A stretch of DNA of 64,000 nt from Mayamaea pseudoterrestris (Eukaryota): contig BROI01000011.1 in assembly GCA_027923505.1 (NCBI GenBank), forward strand, positions 186,001 to 250,000, written 5' to 3'. Below the pieces are notes generated by a model that saw only the letters and a list, made by a program, of their open reading frames with translations, was not told where the DNA came from and made no database searches. Made by a program: the position numbers and the translations under genes. Shown here piece by piece: positions 21,652 to 33,621 of this stretch; positions within the stretch are counted from its first letter, which is position 1, and the number at the start of each line of letters is the position of its first letter.

Positions 21652-22313
21652 TCTATACGGATGATGCTGTATCGGCTTCGATGTCATGCTCATGGCCGAG
21701 TGAAAAGTCCAGTTGGAGCTTGTCCAAACTGATGATTTTCTTTGCCAGTAGTCAAATTTCGGCAAGATGTAATCGAACAGTAACCTTTACGAGGTATATT
21801 GTACTCTATTGCTCCTATTGCTCCTTGCTTGTTCGACTCTTTTTCGCTAGATGCTTGACAATTTGGTGGAGCTGCAACTGTCACACGACTTGGTCGGATT
21901 CGGTCGCGGCGTCCCAACGCACCTTGACTTCAAAAAAGTGAGATGACCAATTTTGTCGCAGAGAAGGTCGGCTTGCTCGCGGGAATACTTGACTCATGAA
22001 CACGACAAAGCGTGACTTAAAAGACACATTCCAAATGTTTATCCAGTCACGCGAAACAGCATCCGACTCGAACGGTCCGTTGACGCATGCGTACTTAGAA
22101 ACACACAAAGCCAATGGTATCTTGCTCGGATAGTTGCGTGGCGCGGCTCGTGACCATGGAGGTGCAACGCGCGATGAATGAGGGGGTTCCCGAACCCGAT
22201 GGACCCATTCGCCGTTTCGCTGCTACAGTATTGCAACGGGACCTATCGTAGTAATACTACATCAGACAAGAATACATACCAATACATAAGAAACAGAAAG
22301 CGCAGTCTTAATA

Positions 22314-24799
22314 ATGAAGATGATTCCAGCTACAGCAGCAACGCTCGCCGCAGCAGCAGTCCTCTCTCTCCTTGGTTCTTCGTCGAGCACCATGACTCTG
22401 GCGCAGCCACTCAACGAACCTGCAACTACATTTAATCTTCGTCGCAAGCGTCAAGTAGTAGACGTGGATCCATGGTTTCAGCTGCGTGACAAGCCACGTC
22501 AAGACTTTCTATTTGAGCTGCAGAGCCATGACGACGAAAAGACAAGGGTCATGGAAGGAGTCACTACTGCAGCAGCATCAGAACTGCACCAGCCAGCGAA
22601 CTCCAATAGCGAAAAAACCAAGCGCGCCATGCTTTACAATCTGTTTGACATTTCGCGGCATTTGGAATACAGCATGAGTATGAGTTTCAGCATGAGCATG
22701 AACAATCAGCGACCGAGCAAACATTCTCAGCCGAGCAAGCCATCAGCTCCATCTGCTAGTACACCAGTTGCTGCGCCAACCGCCGTCAGCATGCCTACCG
22801 CTGCAACGACTACGTTTGCTCCGACCATGATTCCCATGGTGAGTCCAATCACTCCAGTCGCCATGACAAACAGCCCTACGGTGATTCCAGTCAGTCCGAT
22901 TACTCCAGTCGCCGAAACCTATAGTCCAACCGCGGCGGCGACTGCTCCAGTGCGAGTCGCAGTCTCAAACTCTCCCGTCATGTCTTCTTTAACGAATGAA
23001 CCTGGCGCAGTCTCGCCTCCGCCGACGACGACGTCTACTACGACGACTCCAATGTCATTCTCCGCCACCATGATTCCTACTACTAGTAGCAGCAGCAATA
23101 GTTCAAACGTTGATTGCGTTTCGCTCGGCAAGCAGGACGCCTTTCTGCAAACGCTCCAAGCATACACGGATCCGTCGCTGCTGCTCAATCCGTCCACGCC
23201 GCAAGGCAAGGCCTTTCAGTTCATGTTTGGCAGCAGCAGCTCCGGCACGGATCCATGTGCGAATCCGTCCATTGCGGCGCAGCGCTATGGACTCGCGACA
23301 TTGTACTACGCAACGACGACAACGAGTAGTAGTTGGATGAACGCGACCAACTGGTTGACGGCAACGAGCGAATGTACTTGGCTTGGAGTGACTTGCAATG
23401 CCAATGGAAACGTTGTTGGAGTCAAGCTTGGTATGTGTAATACATAGAGAATTACATGAACTGTGTGGAAAACGAGCTGCTGCGTCATTCTCTTGTTCCT
23501 TTACTCACACACGCATACTTGATTACGCAGATGCAAACAACTTGAGCGGCAGCGTTCCGGAGGAAATCAAAGCCCTGCCAAGCCTCCAAACTATGGAACT
23601 TTCTCGCAACGCCCTCACTGGCAGCATTCCCACTGCCATTACGTCACTCTCCAGTCTGACAAAGTGGGACGTGGAGCGTAACCAATTGACGGGTCAAGCG
23701 TTTGGGTCGCCGCTGCCAGTTTCGTTGCAATCCTATCGCATTTCCAACAATCAGCTGGGTGGATCGGTGCCTGATTTGAGCGCCGCGTCAAACCTCAAGG
23801 AGCTGTGGGCGTCGACGAATGCCATTACCGGAACTCTTCCGTCGTCGCTTTCCGTCATGACTCGTCTTGGTGAGTGTCACATGTTGTTTGTTAATGTTGA
23901 CGCGATGTCGCGTCGATTGGTTTAAGTAAAGTACTTTGACTCATCTGCTCACATAATTCTCGCTCGCTTGCCACAGAATCAATTTTCCTCTACGAAAACG
24001 ACATGATTGGCACGCTTCCAGACTTTACCAACTTGGACTTGGAGCGACTCCAGTTGCAAAACAATACGTTGTCGGGCACCATTCCACCATCGCTCTGGAC
24101 CAACACGCGCCTCATGGACCTTCGCTTGGATGCCAACCAGTTGACTGGCTCGGTGCCTTCGGAAATTGGAGACTTGGCGGCAATCTTTGATTTGCGACTT
24201 GCAAACAATGCATTGGCTGGAACGCTGCCTGCCGAGATTGCGCGCTTGTCGACGCTGAGTAAGTGTAAATGACTGCCATGCGAACCTTTACTAACTACCG
24301 CGCTAAATTGACGCATACTCACTCCTCGCTCACCATTCCATTCGTTGCCCCAGAATTCCTTCGCGTCAATGATAACAAGTTTGCCGGCACGATCCGCGAT
24401 GCGTTTGACGCATTCACCGTTCTCGAGTACGTTGACTTTTCCAAGAATCAATTCACTGGCACTCTTCCGACCAGCGTCTTTGACGTCCCTACGGTCCAGA
24501 TTCTCTACTTTTACGAGAATGCCTTGACGGGAACCATTCCAAGCAACTACGGCGACAGTCCCGTCCTTCGCGACTTGTACATTCAAGACAATCTGCTGAC
24601 CGGCATGGTCCCAAGCATTACGCCAGATCAGTTGCAAGCATTTACCGAGTTTCGCTTGGAGAAGAACGACATTTCCGGAACGATGCCAGCTTCGATTTGT
24701 GCGCTGCGTGGACCCAACAATGACACGGATTTGGTGACGCTCATTTCCGACTGCGCCGCCCCGGAGATTGAATGCTCGTGCTGCACCGAGTGTTTATAA
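22314..24799 (+). CDS. Secreted leucine-rich-repeat protein (LRR2); exons 22314-23430, 23531-23869, 23977-24258, 24354-24799
   Basis: Same architecture as LRR1 (signal, mucin stalk, PQGKAF/QRYGLATLYY cap, LRRs, DC..PEIECSCCTEC). Three phase-1 GT-AG introns join four ORF-track fragments in frame. Confidence 0.92.
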
Positions 24800-25072
24800 A
24801 GCGGCGACGCAGTTTCTATATTGGAGCTATTTTTTTCGTTTCTGTTGATATCTTCCTGTTGTATTACATTAGTTTGTGTGAGACTATCGAGGGACGACAG
24901 AGCTTATACATCCCATTCAATGCTGTGCTGTGTCTTGCCGGCAAGTATGGTCTGCCTCTAAGTGATTAGTCTGCTATAACTTATTTGTATGCTATGTAAT
25001 AGAGTTTTTTGATGGCTCAAGAATTGCGGCGCCCACAGAAGAAACCTTTGTAAATTTGATCACCAATACCTT

Positions 25073-26931
25073 TTACTTCTGCGCTCCGCGGTGTCGAAAA
25101 TTAATTGAGGCCCCATTGGCAGGGAGGGACGTAATAAGAACGCGCAAACGCTCCTTTGGATCAACCGCTTCAAAGTCATACCGAGTCACTAAGGCAGATA
25201 TCGCAAGCTTTGCCTCAATAAGGGCAAAGTACTTGCCGATGCAGTCGCGTGGCCCCTTGGAGAACGCCGTAAACTTGGCACTGATGCTGTACTTGCTGTT
25301 GGGAGGCTCCTCAGACCCATCCAAGAACCGCTCCGGGCGAAAGGACTCTGGTTCCTTCCACAAGAGTGGGTGCCGTCCCATTACATAAATTTGTAGAACG
25401 AGTACCGCGCCTGATAGGCGATAGCCGTTCCACTCCTCATTGCAATCGTCCGTCATACGTGATACACCCGTTGCTGGTGGGTAAAGGCGGAGAGTTTCTT
25501 TGATGACTGCCTCAAGGTAAACACACTTTTGCGAGTCTTCATATGTTGGTGGCTTTGCCGCATCTGCCCAAATGCCATGCTCCTTGAGCTCCTCCCTTAC
25601 CTTGGCAAGAATATCTGGCTTTTGCGCCAAGAGCCATATTGCCCACGCAATGCTAGATGCTGTTGTATCATGACCAGCAAAGTAGAATGACTTGAGCTGG
25701 TGAGTGATGGATACTTTGTCGTCATACGTCAACGGACCACCACTGTTGCGCCGCATCTCCTCCACAGCCATGGAGCAAATGTCCTTCTTTTCACCAGGCG
25801 AATGGTCCGCCAAGCGCCTTTCTAGAATGCGCATCATTTCTTCGTCAATTAGCTTCTCATATTTTTGAATTTTGCGTTGATTGCGGTAGCCAAAGATCTT
25901 GGAAAATGGGTCAATCAAGTATCCAGCCATCAAGCGAGCCATCTCACTATTCCCTGAAATATACGAGACAAATGAATTAGTCATCGAAAGATCCATCAAA
26001 AGTCGATCCTTGATCCGTTTTACTTACAGACCCGTGCAGGATGCTCCGTATTTACATCTCCGCCCCAATCCTCGCCAAATGCCACTGCAACAATCACATC
26101 TGATGCAAACGTTTGCGTCCGCTGCAACATATTCGTTGGCTTCTTGCTGCTAATGTCATTGTCAATGCAGTTCTCGAAGCGTTTTAGCTTGTCCACCATG
26201 GTGTTCACCATGTCCTTCAGGAAATTGGGCGAGAAACCTGGTGAAAAGGCCTTGCGCTTGGAGCTCCACAAGGTCTTGTCAACCACAAGTAAGCTTTCTG
26301 ATCCGGCAACAGACGTAATATGCTTGTAGATGAAACTCTTTTGAAAGTTTTTGCTGCAATGCAAGTAAATAAACACGTGAGTTACAAAGTCAAGCTATTT
26401 GTCGTCTAGGTCGGACGGAACCATAAAAGGAGAAACAGCATCGAAAATCGTACCTCACGTAAATTCGTTGAACAAGATCAGGATCGCAAACAACAACCCA
26501 CGTTCCCATGCCCGTGATTTTGAGCGAGTAAACTAGTCCGTATTCTTTGGACCTGATGAAAGGGAATTGTGACGGAGGATGAGAACAACGAATCGAAACA
26601 GGCAATCAAAATTCTGCTTCGCCGTAAACTATGCATGCATCATGTCATCGCTCCTCACGTACCATTGTAGTAAAAGATCCTCCATCAAAACGCCTCCATT
26701 GGGAGAAGGCATCTGATGTAAATTTCCAATAATGGGAAGTTGCGGCGGTCCAGGAGGATACTGCTTGCGGTTTCTATTCAATGCGTAATAGATCAAGGGA
26801 AAAGCAACAGCCAGCGCAGCCGTTGCAATGAAAATCGCTGACTGCTGCTCCGTCTGCTCGCTGATACTCCAGAGGAAAGCGCTCATGGTTGAGTTTGCTG
26901 CTTTGTGAAGCAACTCAACTGCGAATGACAT
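25073..26931 (-). CDS. Cytochrome P450 paralog A; exons 26931-26663, 26552-26454, 26353-26028, 25953-25073 (524 aa)
   Basis: N-terminal anchor plus PPGPP, WxxxR, AGHDTT, ETLR, PERF and heme loop FSKGPRDCIG. Exon sum of 1575 nt is in frame. Confidence 0.96.
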
Positions 26932-27209
26932 TATTGTTGGGATGAGAGGATAACACAATGAAAGTTGCTTCCACGCTTGGAATGTGCGATGAATCTGTCA
27001 CGGCGAGCGCGGCCAGTTTCTCGGTGGCCACGCACTTGCTGAAAAGTCATAACACGACTGAAAAGGAAGAATTCAGCTATCCTACAAGGACGATGCATAT
27101 AATATGACAATGATGAGCAACAAGGTTACATCTACTAAAGCATGCTACAGAATGATAAGCTTAGATTCATACGTTTACAAAGACTATGACAGACGTCGTT
27201 AGTCATTGA

Positions 27210-29028
27210 CTAACTTTGAGAGGCGTTCCGATGACGAAAGCGGACGGCAGCTCCGTTTGCAGGCAGAGATGTAATCAAGACGCGCAAGCGCTCGTTGCGG
27301 TCGACGCAGTCAAAGTCGTACCAAGCAGCCAGTGCTGAGATTGCCAGTTTGCTTTCAATGAGGGCAAAGTACTTCCCTATGCAGTCACGTGGCCCTTTGG
27401 AGAATGCAGTAAACTTGACACTAATGCTGTACTTGCTGTTTGGTGGCTCCTCGGAGCCATCAAGAAACCGTTCCGGACGAAACACCTCAGGATCCTTCCA
27501 CAGCAGCGGGTGCCGCCCCATGGTGTAAGTACTAAGCACCAAATAGGCTCCAGATAAACGGTATCCGTTCCACTCTTCACTGGAATCATCTGTAGCACGA
27601 GAAATACCACTGGCCGGGGGATATAAGCGTAGCGTCTCCTTGACAACCGCCTCCAGATAGGCGCACTTTTGAAGGTCTTCGTAGGTAGGACGTTTGCTTG
27701 AGTCAGTCCAGATACCATGCTCCTTGAGCTCCTCTCGGACCTTGTCCAGGACATCCTGTCTCTGCGCCAACAACCATATTGCCCAAGAGATAGTTGACGC
27801 TGTTGTGTCATGGCCAGCAAAGTAAAAGGTCTTGAGCTGATGAGATATAGAAACCTTGTCGTCGTAGGTTAGCGGCCCACCATCTCGCCTCATTTCGTCC
27901 ACGGCAATCGAGCAAATGTCCTTCTTTGTTCCAGTCACGGGATTTGCTAGACGCCTTTCAAGAATCTGCATCATTTCGTTGTCAATGAGTCTTTCATAGT
28001 GCTTGATTTGCCGATTTGCGCTGATGCGAAACATTTTGAAAGGGTCCGTAAATGTGTCGTCGATCAAGTGAGCAATCTTGTTGTTCCCTGTTAAGCGAGA
28101 GCAAAAGGAACGAATGTAAACAAGGGAGGCATGACCCAATTACGAGGAACCCGTAGCTACGTCACACAAAGCAACTCACAGTCTCGAGCAGGGTGCTCGG
28201 TGTTGACATCGCCTCCCCAGTCTTCGCCAAAGGCAATGGCGACAATCACATCCGACGTGAAGGTTTGGCTCCTCCGCAGCATATTTGTTTCCTTATCACT
28301 GGCAATATCACTATCAATACACTTTTCGAAACGTTCCAGCTTATCAATCATCGTTTCAACCATGTCCTTCAAGTACTTGGGGGAGAAACCAGGCGAAAAG
28401 GCCTTGCGCTTGGGCAGCCACTTTTCCTTGTCGACAACCAGCAAACTCTCCGACCCAATCGCGGCGGTGAACAAGTCGTACATGGAGCTCTTTTCAAAGT
28501 TTTTGCTGCAAATGCATGTTTACGAAATTATTGAATGAGATTGAGAAACATTCCATCAAGCAACATGGCGCTCAACTTACCTGACAAAGATTCGCTGCAC
28601 GAGATCGGGGTCAGAAATAATCACCCATGTCCCGAGACCAAGAAGTTTAATGGAATAGACCAAGCCGTGATCCATTGACCTTGAATAGGACGCAAAAGTC
28701 GAAGACAATGATTAGAATACAATAGTCATACATCAGTTTTCCGAAAAAGAATCCGGCGTCGATTGATGATTGCTTACCATTCCAGAAACTTTGAATCCAT
28801 GCTCTCTTCGGGAATGTCAAGCAAGTTTCCAAGCAATGGAAGTCCAGAAGGTCCAGGAGGGTACTGCTTGCGGCTTCGACTGTATGAATAGTAGTAGACG
28901 AGAGGGACGAGACTAGCAGCCGCGGCAGCCACTAGCAACAGAGATTGCTTCTCGTGCGGCTGCGATCCATTGCCTTTCGAATAAAGCGATGCGAATGCAT
29001 CCACAATGGGAGATAGTTGCTTTGACAT
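27210..29028 (-). CDS. Cytochrome P450 paralog B; exons 29028-28778, 28679-28581, 28505-28180, 28087-27210 (517 aa)
   Basis: Same motifs and the same internal exon sizes (99 and 326 nt) as paralog A; FSKGPRDCIG. Confidence 0.96.
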
Positions 29029-29324
29029 GAAACAGAAAGCACAATGGCGACTGCAGTTTGATCGATGGCTTTTTTAGCCCCTTGCTTCACACAAGCAAGA
29101 TCAATGTTCGTTGGCGACTCGCGCGATGTCGTGCAATTGCAATGGTTGTCGCACCGGTTATAGCTTAGCTAATGTGTTGCTTCCTTTTGCTTTCTACCCG
29201 TTTCAAAACCTACAATACGTAAATGTAAGTACAATGCACTTAATCAAGCATCAAATAGTGCATGCGTACATATGGAATAGTATGAAACTTGGCTGGCTGC
29301 GTCAAAGTTAAAACTTCGGTTCAA

Positions 29325-31124
29325 CTACTCGGACTCGCGACGTTTAAAGCTGATGAGAGCTCCATTGGCAGGAAAGCTTGAAATCATCACCTTTAAGCCT
29401 TCATTCGGATCAAGGCAATCAAAGTCAAACCGACTCACCAAAAATGAAATTGCTAGTTTTGCTTCCAGCAAGGCAAAATACTTTCCAAGACAATCGCGAG
29501 GGCCTTTGGAGAAGGCTGTGAACTTGACGTTGGTGCCATACCTTGAGTTTGGCGGGTCTTCCGAGCCATCCAGAAATCTCTCGGGTCGAAACGTCTCTGG
29601 ATCTTTCCAAAGAATTGGATGCCTTCCCATAATGTAGATTGACTGTGCCAGCACTGCCCCAGACAAGCGATACCCATTCCATTCTTCAGTGTCGTCGTCT
29701 GTCATGCGAGACACATTGCCAAACGGAGGGTACAAACGAAGCGTCTCTTTGACTGTAGCTTCAAGAAAGATGCATTGACAAAGCGAATCATACGTTGGAG
29801 GATGGTGCTTGTCTAACCACACTCCTTGCTCTTCTAGCTCTGCCCGCAGCTTGGCCAATATATGTGGCTTTTGAGACAGCATCCAGATTGCCCAAGATAC
29901 TGTGGATGCTGTGGTGTCATGACCACCCAGATAGAACGTTTTTAATTGGTGTGTAATCCAAACCTTGTCCTCTTGGGAAAGGGTTTCTCCATCGTGCGTC
30001 ATGGTTGCAATGGCCAAGGAGCAAATGTCTCGCTTCTCGGCCTCGCCACCCACTGACTCGCTGGCCTGTAAGCGTCGCTCCAAAACAGCCATCATTTCAT
30101 CTTCAATGAGCTTTTCATACTTGCGAATCTTACGTTTGGTTTCGAAACCAAACATTTGCGCCAATGGATCCGTCATCATGCCTGCAAACAGACGAGCGAT
30201 CTCGCTATGCCCTGTTCATGAGAATACAGTTGCGTCAGTATCTGGAGACCTCATTTTGACAGTCCTTTTTGCACAGAAAGCTTACACGAGCGCGCGGGAT
30301 GCTGAGCATTGATGCCGCCTCCCCAATCCTCGCCAAAGGCAACCGACGCGATTACATCTGATGTGAATGTCTGGCATCGCTCCAACATGTTAGTCGCTTG
30401 GTCAGACTGTATGTCGTAGTCAATGCACGCCTCCAGTCGGTGCAACTTGTCAATCATTACGTCCACCATGTGCCGCAAAAAAGTTGGAGCAAACCCCGCG
30501 ACAAAGGCTTTGCGTTTGGGCTGCCAGTCCTTCTTGTCAATGCACAGGATGCTTTCGGAACCTACAATCGGCGCAAACATTTTGTACATGGGGCTCTTTT
30601 CGTAGTTCTTGCTGTAGCATGAAAAATATGGATGAAACTTTTAGCATGAGCAGTGCAAGCCTTTGCGCTTTGTTTGAGAAAGCTAGCTTTCAAAGAGACT
30701 CACGTGACGAAAATCTTGTGGACCACGTCTGGATCGCTTATGATTACCCATCGTCCGAGGCCCAAAAGCTTGATCGAGTAGACCAATCCATATTCCTTGG
30801 CCCTGTAGTCAGTGAACGAGTTGGTTGAAAGGTGTCGGAAATCTCACGAGTAGTGCAGGAGTACAGCAAAAGCTCGCGGCGCAAGGCGCTCGGCGCTGAT
30901 ACGTACCACTCGAGTAGTTTATCATCAACAAGTTCTCCTGAACTTGGACTCGGCAGCTGAAGTAGATTGCCAATGATGGGAAGACCAGGCGGACCTGGAG
31001 GATATTCTTTGCGATTTCTCTTCGAAAGTGTGTAGCAGATCAACGGAACACTTGCGGCAATAAAGGCCGTAGTGAGAAGCAACGGCCTACCCTGCTCCGA
31101 CACGTTGCTCAACCAAAGCGGCAT
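29325..31124 (-). CDS. Cytochrome P450 paralog C; exons 31124-30907, 30802-30704, 30611-30286, 30211-29325 (509 aa)
   Basis: Same exon structure; I-helix FYLGGHDTT, ETLR, PERF, FSKGPRDCLG. Confidence 0.96.
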
Positions 31125-31433
31125 GGCTTCACTTTATAGATATATGTTCTGAGGGCAGGTACTGGCGTTCGCGAGAGGACAAGAGGCTCGGATGTCAGAG
31201 GCTTGAATTGATCCAGCGTCATGGTCGTTCGCAAAACTGGCGAGCTCTTTCGCATGTCGGAACGGTTCAGGCTAGCTATTCCTTCTCATGTAAAAGAGGT
31301 CCCTCGACGCACGTCCTGCTAATAGAACGAAACACACCATGGCACGCTTTGTAAAATCAATGCAATTAACTTTTTAATTTATGTATAGAGAAAGACAGGC
31401 ATTGTCCTTCCAGCGCATAATGTATTTCAAAAC

Positions 31434-33233
31434 TTAGAGCTTCTTGACAGCCCTCTCCGCTTCATAGGCCAAAAACGACTCGGCCGTCATGCAAACGGCC
31501 GACAGTGCAATGACAATACCAATGCTAAAGGCAATGTACGAATGCCGTTGATGGCGCCGCATCAGTAGCGACAAGACCGACTGGCCGACGCAGGTGGACA
31601 CGAATCCAATCAGCAAAAATGCAATGGCGTAGTCCAGTGTCAGTAACCCAAAAATCATGAAACTAAAGGCAGCCGTGCAGCTTGTAAAGAAAATCATGCA
31701 TGCGGAAGTGGCAGATGCAACTTGGGGGTGGACGCCAAGCGCCAGCATGAGTGGACCCTTGACAATGCCTCCTCCTGAGATGCATTATGAAATGCAAAAA
31801 AAATGTTAGTCATAGTGAGTGATGAGACGCCAAGAACCAGACTCCTTGTAAAACGTACCAATTCCAAATAGCCCCGCGACAATGCCCGCAACAATCGCAT
31901 ACACTGGATATCTCACTGAATTGTACTCATCCCAGGCAATATCGGAAATGGCCGGTCCACCTTGCTTGATGCGCTGCAGCAACTCGCGCCGCGTCCAAAC
32001 GACAAAGAGCGTCACCACCAGCAAAATGGCAACATTGGATATCCAAAAGCAAGTCGTGCCGCATATTGGTAGACTCACCACGGGCGAGGCTGGCGAAACG
32101 GCCGATGCATGCGAAGAAGTCTTGTTGTTATGGAGGCCGCCCTTGAACAAGTTGATTGCCGTGACAATGATAAAGAGAGCCGTCAGTTTGAGTGCGTCTA
32201 AATAATTTTCCTGAGCGACGAAGCGCATTATTTTGGAGTCTCGTCGCGTGGAAGGATCGTCATCAATGGTGCTAGTCGCAGCAGCTGCTCCGTAGGAAAC
32301 AACCGCTTGACTCAGTGCCGCCGACGCTTGCGGCACGCTTGCCACCAATCGCTGCGTCTCTTCATCGTCACACGATCGAGTCGTTGCTCCCAGTAGCTGC
32401 GCCTCCGTTTCCTTGCGATATAATTTCATAGCCTTGGTCAGCGTCAAGTGTGCCGTGAGCAGTAGCAACACCAACAGCAACACGACAATGAGCAACGCCG
32501 GCAGGTACACATGCAGCAATGCTCCAAGTATGGCACCAGCAATCGTTGTCGGCTCGAGCATCAATATAACATCCCAGTCAATGAGGCTGCGATTGGGTTG
32601 AATCGGATGGCGCTTGGATAGATTGGCAAAGTTATTGGCCAGCGCTCCGCCGAGTACAGTCATGGCGGTCAATGGAATGGCATGCTTGACGGGAAACTGC
32701 AAGACAAGCGTGTACACGGGAACGAGAATGCCTGTAACGCAATGAATGAATAAGATGAAAGATGAGACAATTTATGCCAAGCAGGTCACGCAGTGACGCC
32801 GTCAGAATCAATGAACTTTATGCGAGTCTTTCCCTCCTTTCTGCATTCGCTCCTACCTCGTCCACTAAATTCTCACTTGCGACTACATTGTTCAACCAGC
32901 CATACGCTTCTCTTCATACTCTTTTCGTCATACTCTCATTTGTCGCTCTCTCTCTTTTTCACAATACTCACCTCCTCCTCCAATGCCTCCTCCAGCCGCA
33001 ATCACCAAGCCTGCCATCGCCAGTGCGTACCCCACATAGTCGCGCGGTGACAGCGGAAAGAGTGGAGGCAGCGGCGACACTTCGTCAATCAATGATGGCG
33101 GCGTCTGCTGCAAATCTTGTTGATTCGACAGATTTGACAGAATGACGGCCGCAACAATCAAAACAATGAGAGCCACAGCGGACGACCATGCGAAGCGTTC
33201 CTCGGCGGCGGCGTTGCTTGATGCTGGCGGCAT
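31434..33233 (-). CDS. TauE/SafE (sulfite exporter, TSUP) family membrane transporter; exons 33233-32972, 32731-31859, 31774-31434
   Basis: Twice-repeated Gly motif (AAGGGIGGGGILVP; AGLFGIGGGIVKGPLML), HAIPL, LIDWD..L.LEP and PQVASATSACMIFFTS. Both introns are GT-AG and in frame. Confidence 0.92.
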
Positions 33234-33621
33234 GCTTCGATGGCTTCTTTATATGACTGATGGATGAGCTCCTTCTCTTCTCTTGATTCAAATACTGCTG
33301 TATGATTCGTTGTGTGAGCAATGCCAAGCACCAAGGATTTTGAGTCGTGGTGTTTTCGCGGTGCCCCAGCGTGGGGTTGTTGCGCGCGCAAGGAAATTGC
33401 CTCGACACGTTTCGTGACGCCGAAAAGGTCCACTCCGCGTCATTTTTGGCGTTGTGATTGGACGGAGAAAACGCATTGAAACGGCTGATTCAGAATTTTA
33501 ATCGCGCTACGACTGATCTAGCCGGTTCGCTCGCAAACCATGGCGAAGAACTGGCGTCGATGCAAATTCTTTCTTGTCACGCTCCTTTGTAATATTTGAA
33601 TAAACATTCACTTCGCCCGCC

